DNA of 64,000 bases, taken from assembly GCF_018350175.1 (NCBI RefSeq), contig NC_058368.1, positions 35,900,001-35,964,000 of the forward strand. Direction: 5' to 3'. The notes beneath the pieces are model-generated. The model did no database searches. It was given only the letters and a program-made list of their open reading frames with translations, and was not told the origin of the DNA. Source of the stretch: Felis catus. Lineage: Eukaryota. The number at the start of each line of letters is the position of its first letter. Within the stretch, counting starts at the first letter, position 1. Positions 1 to 12,450 of the stretch are shown piece by piece. Both the position numbers and the translations under genes were made by a program.

Positions 1-391
1 TAGTAATTGACACAAGAGATAATTCATGAATGAAAAGGTTTGCCCTTATACATACCTGCATACATATGCATTTTCCTAAGTTCCCCAAATTAGTAACTTT
101 TTCTAAACCCACGTCTCCCCTTCACTGATCAAAGTGTGGGGAAAACATTCTAAACAGATTCACTTTCAAATAAAATTGTCCTTTAACCAAATGGAAAGCA
201 AAACAAAACAAAAAACATACTGCATGGGGAGACAGACTCATATTTATTGCCAAATGACAAGTGTCTTATGATAGAGTTTGTATTCTAATAGAGGATAGTG
301 TTGTAGAACGAGTGGAGGGTCTACACAAATTTTGACTGCTCAGGCTATAATACATCAGGGTTTTAATTTAAAAATTAACTTACGGAATACA

Positions 392-594
392 GGGGCACCT
401 GGGTGGCTCAGCCGGTTAAGCATCTTTGGCTCAGGTCACGATCTCACAGTTCGTGAGTTTGAGTCCTCACACTGGGTGAGCTTGAGCCCCTCTTCGGTGA
501 AGGCGAGTCCAGCTACAGTAAAACATGAGCCCTGCTTCGGGTGAGCCCTGTCTCTCTCTCTCTCTGCCCCTCGCTCATTTGTGCCCTCTTTCTC

Positions 595-633
<39 letters not shown>

Positions 634-643
634 ATGACAAAAT
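392..643 (+). mobile_element. CanSINE, variant with internal GAGCCC-repeat body (SINEC_Fc3-like), (TAAA)n tail
   Basis: GGGGCACCTGGGTGGCTCAG head, atypical middle (...gggtgagcttgagcccc...gagccctgcttcgggtgagccc), (CT)n, (TAAA)n. Diverged TSD aaaattaacttacggaataca (371-391) / aaaattaacttatgaaatata (644-664). Confidence 0.88.
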
Positions 644-889
644 AAAATTAACTTATGAAATATAGAAGGAATTTTCAGGGTTAGAAGGAACCTTCTTTGA
701 TGGACAAGGAGACTTATATTCTGGGAAGCAAACTGGTCTACTTCCTATCACTTAGCTACTGGTGAAGCCAGGTCTAGGATACCGGTTGCCCCAAACTCTG
801 GGCTAGAATGCTCAACACTATGAAAGTGCTTGCGTTCTAAGAGAACAACAACACTGTCCATACGATCAAGAACTTTGGCAAGGGGGAAA

Positions 890-1210
890 AAAACTGCCCT
901 ATCTAAAATGTCACTTTTTGTATCCTTCCTACCCCCCATCCCTGCCGTATTTTATTCTCAGAATTTACTGACCTCGGACACTGTTCATTTATCTTAAATA
1001 TGTCTATCTAATGACAGTTGTTATGGATAAAGGTCTCACCCAGGTTAAATTGATCTCAGAACCCTGTTGATCACTGGAGGCCACTCTACCTGTCCTCTCT
1101 TACAGGATCCACCAGGGCAGGGATATTTACTTGTTTTGTTTCCTGCTCTATCCCAGGACCTCGGAAAGTACCATAACATAATACATGCTCAATAAATATT
1201 TGTTGGAGAA
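890..1210 (+). mobile_element. L2 LINE 3' end fragment
   Basis: ...agggcagggatatttacttgttttgtttcctgctctatcccagg...tgctcaataaatatttgttg resembles the L2 3' terminus. Confidence 0.6.
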
Positions 1211-1802
1211 AACATTTTGATAGGAAGAAATTTTTTTTCGCCTTTACAGTAATAGTTCTATATGAAGGAGGTACTTAAAACCACAAGAGCAAATCACACA
1301 AGGAGCCTTGGGAATGTCTTTTGGAAAGCTAGGTAAAGTGTGATTAATGATTTAAAAAAAATCATAAAATACAGACTAAAACAACATCACATAGGACATA
1401 AAAATGAATGTGAAAGCAAACTTCAATAATGAGAATCCTAGAGTCTTGAAACTGAATCCCTGAGCTGATTTTGGCTGAAGAGGAAGGAGTGGGACTGACC
1501 CTCTTTCCTTTGTAGGAATAACAGGATTGTTCTCTGTTCTACCTTACACGCGTCCCAAGCCTCAGTCAGCCTCTCCCAGAGAGGCCCATCCCCAGTTTAT
1601 CCTCACGAACTAACATGACTTGTTTTCAAACGTTCTTGGTTGGTATAGCTACAAAAAGATACCTAAACCATTTTTGTTAACAGAGAAGTTTGTCTCTGCC
1701 TCTAGGAAAGAAGTTAGCATTCATGTGTGTTTCACATCCTATGCCATACCCTTTCAGGTGAAATTACACCCCAGATAAAAAGGCTTTTAAATTAGAGACG
1801 TA

Positions 1803-2027
1803 GGGGCGCCTGGGTGGCTCCGTCGGTTGGGCGTCCGACTTAAGCTCAGGTATGATCTCATGGCTTGTGAATTCGTGAGTTTGAGTTCCGCGTTGGGCTC
1901 TGTGCTGACAGCTCAGAGCCTGGAGCCTGCTTTGGATTCTGTGTCTCTGTCTCTCTCTGCCTCCTACCCCTGCCCGCCACCAATGCTTATGCTGTCTCTT
2001 TCTCAACAATAAATATTAAAAAAATTT
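1803..2027 (+). mobile_element. CanSINE (felid SINEC)
   Basis: Typical head, body, CT tract and A tail. TSD aaattagagacgta (1789-1802) / aaattagagatgta (2028-2041). Confidence 0.93.
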
Positions 2028-2159
2028 AAATTAGAGATGTAAAATCAACAATGTCCTAGAGCTAGTATAGGTGCCATTCACCCCGTCACAAAAGCTACTC
2101 CCTGTCTCCCCACACTTCACCAGCTACAAAGCCTGATTGGTACCACATTTAAACTGCCT

Positions 2160-2300
2160 TTCTTTTTTTCTTTTTTTTATTATTTTTTAAATATGAAATT
2201 TATTGTCAGATTGGTTTCCATACAACACCCAGTGCTCATCCAAACAGCTGCCCTCCTCAATCCCCATCACCCACTTTCCCCTCCCTCCCACCGTCCCCCC
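2160..2300 (-). mobile_element. Short 5'-truncated felid L1 3' end
   Basis: Poly-T followed by atatgaaatttattgtcagattggtttccatacaacacccagtgctcatcc, the reverse complement of the L1 3' ends at 31158 and about 39190. Confidence 0.85.
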
Positions 2301-3474
2301 ACTTTCAAACCCACCCTGTCTTCTCTTTCTCACTGCATCCTAGTTCAGGTGGTTGGCATTGAGCTCCTACAAAATTGCAACAGTCTCCTAACGGGTCTCA
2401 CTCTTTCTACTCCTCCCACGTCCTCTAAGCCATCTGCATTGTTGCCATCAGAGCCATCCCTCTAAAAGAAGACCCTATCGCTGCTCTGCTCAATGCCACT
2501 GGAAAGTGCTTATGGATGGAGCAAACCTCCAAAGCGTAGCATGCTCTCCTGACTACTAATTCAGCCTCGTGTCTTCCTATAGCTCTATCCAAAGATCATT
2601 TCAGGCCGGCTACATTATTTGTTGCTGTTCAAATATGAATTTGAAATATGTTTCTGTGTCTTAATTTATACAGCCCAGTAGATTTCCAGAGTTGGAAGCC
2701 CTGGCTCATTTTACTCTGTTCATTTGGTACGCACCTAATTCAACATTTTGCATTTCAAACGACCGATGGAAGTCTTGGCTCAGATGCCAACCCACCCTCC
2801 CTTGCTCTACCCTAATGGGGAAGTCAAAAGGACTTATTCACAAAAATAGGAACTCTCCACACAGGAGAAAATGCACATCACATTCTCGTATTGTACATAA
2901 GTGGAAAAGATGTCCCTACCTGCTGGAAGAGAAACTGAGAAGGGAGGAGGTTCCTTGCCGTGTAGGAATCCTGAACACCGCTCCTCATTCTGGGAGGAAA
3001 TGGGACTCACTGGGTAGGATTTAACATGGAGTCACAGGGAGCGGAATCCAAGACTGGAAGCATCTTGTATCCAACGTGCGGAACTGGGAGAGTGGAAGAT
3101 CCCCTGATGCACTGTGCAGAAGCATCAGGCACTCCTGAGAGGCGGCCAGGAGACAAATTAAGCAAAAGGCCACAGAAGCCCCCGCAGATGAGTGCCTGGG
3201 AGGAGCAGAGTAACTCCTGGGGGAACCGGCTGGGGGAAAAAGAGGTGAGCAGAGAGAAAGTACAAATCCAATGAAGAATACAGAGACATCTCTAAGAATG
3301 ACCAATGTCAGGGAGCACAGGAGGTTTCTAAGAAAAGCCAAACAGATCTCCTGGATTACCATTCAAGAGCAAAAGAGACATCACCTTTACCAGAAGCAGA
3401 CATAGAAATTATGTCAAAGTAGGGAGGCTGGTTTGGACCCAGAAAGAACTGAATCAAGAAGAGTGCACACCTTT

Positions 3475-3522
3475 GTTTATTTTTTTAAAAAAATTGTTAA
3501 TGTTTATTTATTTTTGAGATAG

Positions 3523-3563
<41 letters not shown>

Positions 3564-3738
3564 CTGAGTGTGAGCGGGGGGAGGGACAGAGAGAGAGAGA
3601 GAGACATAGAATCTGAAGCAGGCTCCAGGCTCTGAGCTGTCAGCACAGAGCCCATGGTGGGGCTGGAACTCACGGACCATGAGATCATGACCTGAGCCGA
3701 AGTCGGATGCGCAACCAACTGAGCCACCCAGGCACCCC
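3475..3738 (-). mobile_element. CanSINE with (GA)n tract
   Basis: Perfect 15-bp TSD agagtgcacaccttt (3460-3474 / 3739-3753). Confidence 0.95.
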
Positions 3739-6700
3739 AGAGTGCACACCTTTAGAACCACCTGCAAGATGCCTTTCAAGCTTGGTGCCCATTTTAGAGA
3801 GGACAATAAGAAGAGAGCATGGAAGGGAATTTCAAACATGAATAACTGTATCTCACACTGGAATTACTGAGCTGAAACACATATGCAGAGAGAAATGTTG
3901 TTTACCATCAGGCAGGCAGGCGGGCACTTCAGAGTCAGAACCTGAAGTTCATTTATAAAAAGTTACATCTTTGCACACCTGAGTTTGTTCTGACTGCAAA
4001 AGGCCTATTTGTTACCAATACTATAAGAGCACATAAAACAAACTTGACAGATGCCATATCTTGTCCTAGGATTGGGCCACCTATATCTTTAAGTGATCTG
4101 CTCAAATAGAAAATGCACAATTGAGGAATTTCCACCCATAGACATGAATTCCATAAATATTTTATTTTATATTTTTATTTTTTTTTAAAGTGCTTATTAA
4201 ACACCTGCTATGGAAAGATACCCTACTAGAAACAGCAGCTCACTTTAAAAGGTTTTTTTTTTAAACATGGCTAATTTTGTATGAAAGAGGTTTATTTTTG
4301 TAAGAATTCTTGAGAAATAATATTGTTTGATTTTCATGTCTAAAGAAGCAAATCTTTTATAGTCCAAATTAGAAGATTAACTGAAGTATCATGTAAAATA
4401 ACTATGGAGTAAATGTTTCATGTCACTTTCCTCTTTTCTTGTATTTTATAAAAGATAAATATCATCTAATTAATGATTTAAGAGAAACCTTTACTCCACA
4501 GAGGTCTCTGATAAGTTTCTAGGAGGAATACACCAAATTATTTTTTTTCAGACTCCATCGACATTTTTAATTCTAGTTATGTACAGAGTCCTTTCATCAA
4601 TACCCAATATTTTCTATGTACTTTTCATCCATCTGCTGTGGAACGTAAACTTCCTCTCAATATGGTTCCACACATCACATACTCTCAACTTCTGTATGTT
4701 TTTCTTTTTGGAGATTAGGCATAAAGAGGTGTCCCCTGGAGCCCTTACTATTCCCACTCAAATCTAAAAGGTGGTTCTCTGGGCCTGCTTCACAGCTGTG
4801 ACTGCTGTGGGACTACCCTTGACTTCTCTCTGCAGGGAATCCCTTCTTTCCTGAATCCCACCTTCCTGTCTTATTTTATTCCCTCTTTGTGATAGAAAAA
4901 GGTGCAAAGGAAATAACTTTTTATAACTTTGCATTTCTGAAAAAAATATTTTTTTCCCTATAATTACCGTTTTTGATGATTTGGATCAATCTACATTTCC
5001 TGACTGAAAATCAATTGCCCTTGTATTTTGAATATCATCTTTTTCAAGTTGTTTTTCTTCTGTTTTCAATATTAACTGCATTTAAATCAGAGCTGGCTAA
5101 AAACATGCACACTTACGCAAGCCTCCCTAGCGAAGTTGAGATGCTCAGGTGGAAATCTGTCTGTCTATAGGCGTTCCTAAGGTCCTTACACTACTAAACA
5201 CTATTGGAGATATTTCTCCCTTCTTACTTTTGCTTTTTAGAGCTGATGAATGGCAACTGAGTTAGTCTTTCATTTCTGTTATATCAAAGTGCAATGCTTT
5301 GGAAATTGGATGGTGCCAAACATGAAATGGGAATTTTCTCATAGGGGAGAGGAAAGATTTGCAAACCAGTACTCCTTCCCAAGCTTTCCCACACTACAAA
5401 TAAAGCAGTTCTGAACAAAACTCAGCCTCACTGAGGCTCTCCTCATCTTCCAGGTAGGGAAGGAAGAGTTTTAAACTCCTCATTATGCCTCCAAATATAA
5501 CATTAAGGCATTTTGTGTTCAGTCTCAGCAGACATCATGATTTAGGAAACAGCATTTCCTCAGATTACAGTGCTGTGTGTCTTAAAAGTATTGAAATGCA
5601 GGAATCAGAACCACATTTCCACATGCCACATTTCCCCAGAGCAAGTTCCTTTAGATTTCCATGGATAAGGTCCCTACAAAGACTGCAGTCTATAGGGAAA
5701 GTTAGAAGCATTAGGGTCTTTTTGTAAGGATGAAAGGTATTTCCAAATACCATCAATGATATTTTCCTCGACCAAAGCTGAAATCAGAGTACAATCAACA
5801 GAGGCACAGCAAAATGGTAGAATAATCTATTAAAATATTTAATAGATTTATTTATTTATTGGCTGATTTAATATTTATCTAATGAAAACACTCCATGCAT
5901 TCAAGAAATACCAAGTGACTCTACCAAAGAAAAAAGGCACTATGCTTTTCTGAAAGAAGATCAACATCGTTCCACAATAAACATTAAAATAAATGAAGGC
6001 AAAGTAAAACAAAAACAAAACAAAACAAAACAAAAAAACCTTTTTACTCACGTACGAATACAAAAGAAAATACAATCTAATTAGCATCAACAATATCCAC
6101 TAGAAACAAGAGATCATAATTGTAATTCAGCACTAACGGAGTCAATACTTATAAAATGCACCTGAAATACAATAAAAAGACTGCCTTTCTCTTAATTTTT
6201 GGCTTCTGAATTAAAACAGTCCCTTCTGTTTGCCAACCTTCTTGACTTTATGACATTTGATGGCTACTTTGCAGTTAAAAAGAGGAAGTGTCATACATTT
6301 AGAATCTTGGAACTAATGGCAAGTCAGAGAATCAAAGTCAGGATGACTTTGGAGGGAAATCATTCAGGTTCTTAAGGCAAGGTGAACCTTCACACAACAC
6401 TTGAAAGTTTTTGATGGAGCCTCTAACTCAACACTAATTTGACAAAAAAATGTTTCTCCTTTGCAAGAGTTACTGCATGGGTAGCACTAAAAGTTTAAAA
6501 ATAAACCTTCAAAGGACTGTATTGAAATAAAATTACTGTCACTTTTAAACATTGATGGTAATTATTGGTGGAAGTTCTGTGGTGATAGTTCACTCTATCC
6601 AGGCAATGCTCTCCCAAGAATTGCTTGCTCCAAAAACAGTCAGTCATTTATTTTCTGTTATTATACTAGTGTCAAGTTCTTCCTGCCTTGGGGCATCCTA

Positions 6701-7617
6701 GCTTGTGTTAAGGCTGCCCTCAATGTTAACTCTGTTAATATTATGCTGCTTCTAATTTTCTTGAAGAACATTGGATATCTGGGGAAGGAAGCTATCCAGG
6801 AAACAATATTTTAAAATCCTATTACAAAACAATGTCTAATTCCATCTAAACACTAATGCCAATTTATACCATTTTCAAGTAACACATAAATATTCAATTT
6901 CTCTGCTTAATTTTCCCAATCTGCCCTAGGGTTTACTTATTCATCACCAAAAGCCAAATACTACTGAGTTCTTTTTGTAAAATGGTAAGATAATCACTTT
7001 AGACTTGGCAACCTTCATGACCAAGTGCAGTACCACTGAATGGATTTCCTTCAACCTTAAGAATTTAATGTCAAAATGACCAAAAATAGGAAGAGAAAAG
7101 AGACAGCCTATTAATAAAGAAATAAAAAACCTGGCTTCCCCTATGACCTCTTGACACATTGATATTTTCATCTCAAAAGATATACAAACAATAGTACAGC
7201 AATACTGGGACTCTAAGCTGGGATAAAAGGATCAGAGCACAATAGTTGTGCTGGGTTGGTGAGTGGAACAATTGGCAGGCCAGAAGCTTGCTAGCATTTC
7301 AAAAGTTCAACTGCACAACTTTTCATTTTAAATTAATAGAATCTAAAAATCACATGATTCTCTTTCTGTGCTGACTTTCTCTAACAATCACCATTATTTT
7401 TTTTATCACTATTTTTATTTATTTAACTACAAGATCCTCATTTTCTAACACGGATAGGTCGTTTTGCAAATGCATGCTTTTGGTTACAGGAAGATAAGAA
7501 AAAAGTTAGTGGAATAGTTTCTTTCTTTTCTTCCTTCCTTCCTTTCTTCCTCCCTCTCTTTTTTTACTTTGTGTAATAAAAATCAAAGAATAGTCTCTAT
7601 AGATTGTTGATCAATAT

Positions 7618-7820
7618 CGGGAATTGGTAAAAATTTTCTGTAGAACACAAGATAGCAAATAATTTTAGGCTTTGTGGGACACATGGTCTGTGTCCCAATC
7701 GCTCAGCTCTGCACCTGTAGCACCAAGGCAGCCACAGACAGTATGTGAAGGAAAGACCATGCCTCTCTTCCAATAAAAGTTTATTTATAAAAACAGGTAC
7801 AGGCTACTTTGGCTCAAGGT
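7618..7820. mobile_element. MER58A-like hAT-Charlie DNA transposon relic
   Basis: aattttctgtag...ttttaggctttgtggg...gcagccacagaca...ttccaataaaagtttatttataaaaacagg follows the recalled MER58A consensus. Confidence 0.75.
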
Positions 7821-8349
7821 TCTGAAGTTGGATGTATGTTTTAACTGTGTCCATAAATCACAAGAGGCTAAAATGAACACAAAATGAAAAGATGTCATTT
7901 GACCAGTTACATTTTTATCAACTATTTGACAAATCATACACATGTCTTCTGTGATATTTACTACATGCGCACTGTATACTAGGTCCTAGGAGATAAAGCA
8001 TGCTAACGGCCAACTTCCTGAAAAATGTACAGTCTATGAAAACCATAAGACTAAAGCAGATGAAATAAGTACAACCAAATATTCCATACATAAGTTGTCT
8101 AGCAAGACTATACTGGTTTACTAAAAAGAGACAGTCTATCATCAAGAACAAATACTCAGAGAAGACATTTTAGAGAATGCAAAAATTAGAACAAATAAAA
8201 TTGTGTTAGATCAGTTAAGAATTAGAGGAAAGGTATTTCTGGCAAAGAGAACACCAGAAAGAAGTGCAGAGAGGTAGGGATGAGTGTGCCTGAGGTAAAG
8301 AATGGATGGTATAACCAGTTCAAAAGAGACAGAGTAGTCACAGAGAAGT

Positions 8350-8635
8350 ACGCGTTCTTAGTCTCTTATCCACAAACTCTGCAGTCAGATGTTTTGGAAT
8401 CTGTTTTTTTAGACAGAATGAATGTCAAGAAGGTACATATTCTGTGAAAGAATCACTCACTCAGAGTAACCTAGGGCATCATCCTTTGATTAAACTCATT
8501 ATTTCTGCTCTGATGGGGCCTCTTGTCAGTTCAGGCCAGTTTGGCATCAAACGAACTTGGACACGAAAGTTACTTAAAAACTTCTGGTTTTCAGGGCATT
8601 TTGTATTTTGGGGCTGTAAAGGGGTTGTAGACATA
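8350..8635. mobile_element. Probable Tigger-family (TcMar) non-autonomous relic
   Basis: Degraded terminal motifs tctcttatccacaa... and ...ggttttcagggcattttgtattttggggctgtaaaggggttgtagac resemble Tigger12/13-type TIR regions. Confidence 0.45.
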
Positions 8636-8796
8636 GAGTGGATTTAGCTGCCCCAAACGCTAAGCAATCCTGTTTATTTTATAATTTTGTCTGATTGGTT
8701 GTTATATGGGCTTTTGACTAGCACCAATAAGTAACAGGCTTCAAGGATGGCAACAATTTTGCCTCTTTTTCAACTGTGATATAATTTCTTTTCTTT

Positions 8797-10427
8797 GGTT
8801 GTTTGTTTATAACTTGTTTTATTTTTTATTTTTTATAATTTACATCCAAAATAGTTACCATATAGTGCAACAATGATTTCAGGAGTAGATTCCTTAGTTA
8901 CCCTTACCCATTTAGCCCATCCCTCCTCCCACAATCCCTCCAGTAACCCTCAGTTTGTTCTCCATATTTATGAGTCTCTTCTCTTTTGTCCCCCTCTCTG
9001 TTTTTATACTATTTTTGTTTCCCTTCCCTTATGTTCATCTGTTTTGTCTCTTAAAGCCCTCATATGAGTGACGTAATATGATTTTTGTCTTTCTCTACTA
9101 ATTTCACTTAGCATAATACCCTCCAGTTCCATCCACGTAGTTGCAAATGGCAAGATTTCATTCTTTTTGATTGCCAAGTAATACTCCATTGTATATATAC
9201 ACCACATCTTCTTTATCCATTCATCCATTGATGGACATTTGGGCTCTTTCCATACTTTGGCTATTGCCAATGGTCCTGCTATAAACATGGGAGTGTATGT
9301 GTCCCTTCAAAACAGCACACCTGTATCCTGTGGATAAATGCCTAGTAGTGCAATTGCTGGGTCGTAGGGTAGTTCTATTTTTAGTTTTTTGAGGAACCTC
9401 CACACACCTGACAGGTGTAAGGTGGTATCTCACTGTGGTTTTGATTTGTATTTCCCTGATGATGAGTGATGTTGAGCATTTTTTCATGTGTCAGTTGGCC
9501 ATCTGGACGTCTTCTTTGGAGAAGTGTCTATTCATGTCTTTTGCCCATTTCTTCACTGGATTATTTGGTTTTTGGGTGTTAGAGTTTGATAAGTTCTTTA
9601 TAGATTTTGGATACTAACCCTTTATCTGATATGTCATTTGCAAATATCTTCTTCCATTCTGTCGGTTGCTTTTTAGTTTTGCTGATTGTTTCCTTCGCTG
9701 TGCACAAGTTTTTTTTTTATTTTGATGAGGTCCCAGTAGTTCATTTTGGTTTTGTTTCCCTTGCCTCTGGAGATGTGTTGAGTAATAAGTTGCTGCGGGC
9801 AAGATCAAAGAGGTTTGTGCCTGCTTTCTCCTTGAGGATTTTGATGGCTTCCTGTTTTACATTGAGGTCTTTCATCCATTTTGAGTTTATTTTTGTGTAT
9901 GGTGTAAGAAAGTGGTCCAGGTTCATTCTTCTGCATGTTGCTGTCCAGTTTTCCCAGCACCACTTGCTGAAGAGACTGTGTTTATTCCATTGGATATTCT
10001 TTCCTGGTTTGTCAAAGATTAGTTGGCCATACGTTTGTGGGTCCATTTCTGGGTTCTCTATTCCATTCCATGGATCTGAGTGTCTGTTTTTGTGGCAGTA
10101 CCATACTGTCTTGATGATTACAGCTTTGTAGTATAGCTTGAAGTCTGGGATTGTGATGCCTCCTGCTTTGGTTTTCTTTTTCAAGATCACTTTGGCTATT
10201 CGGGGTCTTTTCTGGTTCCATACAAATTTTAGGATTATTTGTTCTAGCTCTGTGAAGAATGCTGGTGTTATTTTGATAGGGATTGCATTGAATATGTAGA
10301 TTGCTTTGGGTAGTATTGACATTTTAACAGTATTTGTTCTTCCTATCCAGGAGCATGGAATCTTTTTCCATTTTTTTGTGTCTTCTTCAATTTCTTTCAT
10401 AAGCTTTCTATAGTTTTCAGTGTATTG
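8797..10427 (-). mobile_element. 5'-truncated carnivore/felid L1 (ORF2 C-terminal part and 3'UTR), frameshifted, with an internal deletion
   Basis: ORF 9741-10550 contains L1 ORF2 sequence ([12 protein letters not shown]...[14 protein letters not shown]...[10 protein letters not shown]); ORF 9004-9288 has [20 protein letters not shown] taatttcttttcttt (8782-8796 / 10428-10442). Confidence 0.95.
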
Positions 10428-12239
10428 TAATTTCTTTTCTTTTCTGAAAGTGCTGGACTCTGTGAAGACTCTGTGAAGGCACCCATCAAGTTCAAAAGTC
10501 TGTCTCTCTGGAGGCCTGTGCTTCTCAGGGTAAATGCTAAAGACAGACATTTACATCATGTTTGAAGAATATGCACTAGGTAATACAAATGGGATAAGTC
10601 CCTTTAATAATGGAGAGATCTATGGTGATGTCTGAAAGTAAGACAATACTCAGAGTCTACCTCTGAAATTAAAAAAAAAAAAAAAAAACTTCAAACACAA
10701 ATACTAATTCTACCCAGAACTGGAATGTGATATGGGAAGGCTCATCATGACAATAGTCCACTGGTTTGGAAAGTATATACCTTGTAAATATGGATTGGGG
10801 AGGATAGTTACCTAGGGACTAGTCCATGTTACATACAAAGAAGATGTGCTGTGATTTAGTTCTTACTGTTAACACAATAAATGTAGTCTATGTTACAAAA
10901 GTTATAATGTTTTCCATATAGTACTAGGATTACAATAATGGATTGGTATGAATTCTGTCCTAGAATATGAGTAGAGTGAATTTGTGCTTGGTAATAAAAA
11001 AGTCATAAATAAGGGATATTAATATAAAGTTTTCTTTGGTAAAATTGTTAGAAGCAACCCAGGCGACACCATAAAGATTAAAATTATTTTCCCCCAAAAA
11101 AGTTTATGATAGTTGGCATTCCATCTTTCATTACAAAACAAATTTAAACAACAAAATACTGGAGTCATTTTCTACTTGGCATGTAGCTAATATTACAGAA
11201 TACTCAGAAAGGCAAAGAAAACTATTTACAATTTTTTTTTTTTTTTAAGTATCGGATGAACAGTAAACCAATTGGTATGAGGATGTATCATAAAGATGTT
11301 TAACAAAGAGTGACAAACACAACTCAAGAAAATTAAGAGGAAAAAAAAATCACAGTTTCAAGATACGTTTTGAGTCTGAGAGCCTCCTCTCCTCATTTTT
11401 CTTTCAAGAGGCTTTTTGTAAAGAGACAGAGGATGGTGTGTGGGCCTTGCACAGCCATACAGAGAAGACAGAGATCAGTGCACACAAAGGCTAGATTCTG
11501 AATGAGTTTTCACAATTGAAACTGTTATTCCAGTGAAAGAGATTCCTGCTCACAAATGAAAACCTGTATAACCATTAGCGATACTCCTACAGAATTTTCC
11601 CACTGGACACTCCTTGATACTACACATGGAAAGTCATTCTTTTAATACCATCAGAAAATAAACTGTTACCTGCTAGGACTGGTGGTGGGGGTGAGGGTGT
11701 CTAAAGGCATTTGTTCCTGAGTAAAGCACAATCACGGTGTTTGTATCCCTTCCAAAAACTACTATACTGCAAAATTCCCTGATTCGTTCACTTCTCAGTT
11801 GGGTCAAATAATGAAAATACCACAGACATTTCCACCCCCTTAAGAACTCTTGAGCTCTGGCTACTCACTTGGGCCCAGAACTATTCAGACCATTGAAGAA
11901 CCTTTCCTTCCAGAAGGGAAGAGTGGTACTGATGTCATTATCTTCTGGACACTGGGATAAACGAATGCTTGGACAATCAGAAGAATTAAAGTGGAATCTG
12001 ACCCAGAGCAGAAAAGCATTCCTAATTTGGCAATTGTCTTCAAACTTCCTTCAAACACAAAGGAAGATGCTATCTATTGATCATGGACCGAAAGACACAG
12101 CTGTCCCTCTCATCTAAGGTTTCCAGAGAAGAGAATTCTCCACCTCCATACATAGATATAGACTAGTGCTGGTTATTAATTATTAAAATTCATTTTGGCC
12201 CTGTTTTCCCTGCACTGTGATTAGACCATCACTGGTAAA

Positions 12240-12450
12240 GGTATAATAGCACAATAGTTTAAAAATATGTACTCTGGTCAGAAAACTTGAGTACTGGCTT
12301 CATTGCTTACTGAATCTGTGACCATGTAGAGACATAAAGCAACTCTTTGATAAAAAAAAGTTTCATAAGTTTGCTGTATGGATTACATGTAATCATGAAC
12401 ACATATAGAGCCTGGCAAATAATATATGATCAATAAATGGCAGCAGTAGT
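12240..12450 (+). mobile_element. MIR SINE relic
   Basis: atagcacaatagtttaaaaatatgtactctgg...gcctggcaaataatatatgatcaataaatggcagc is a MIR-like head and 3' end. Confidence 0.55.

Noticed and set aside
9741..10550. Longest ORF (269 aa) as a host gene or active retrotransposon
   Set aside because: It is a 5'-truncated L1 ORF2 remnant. Its first ~41 residues come from the TSD and flanking DNA, and the downstream part is frameshifted and deleted.
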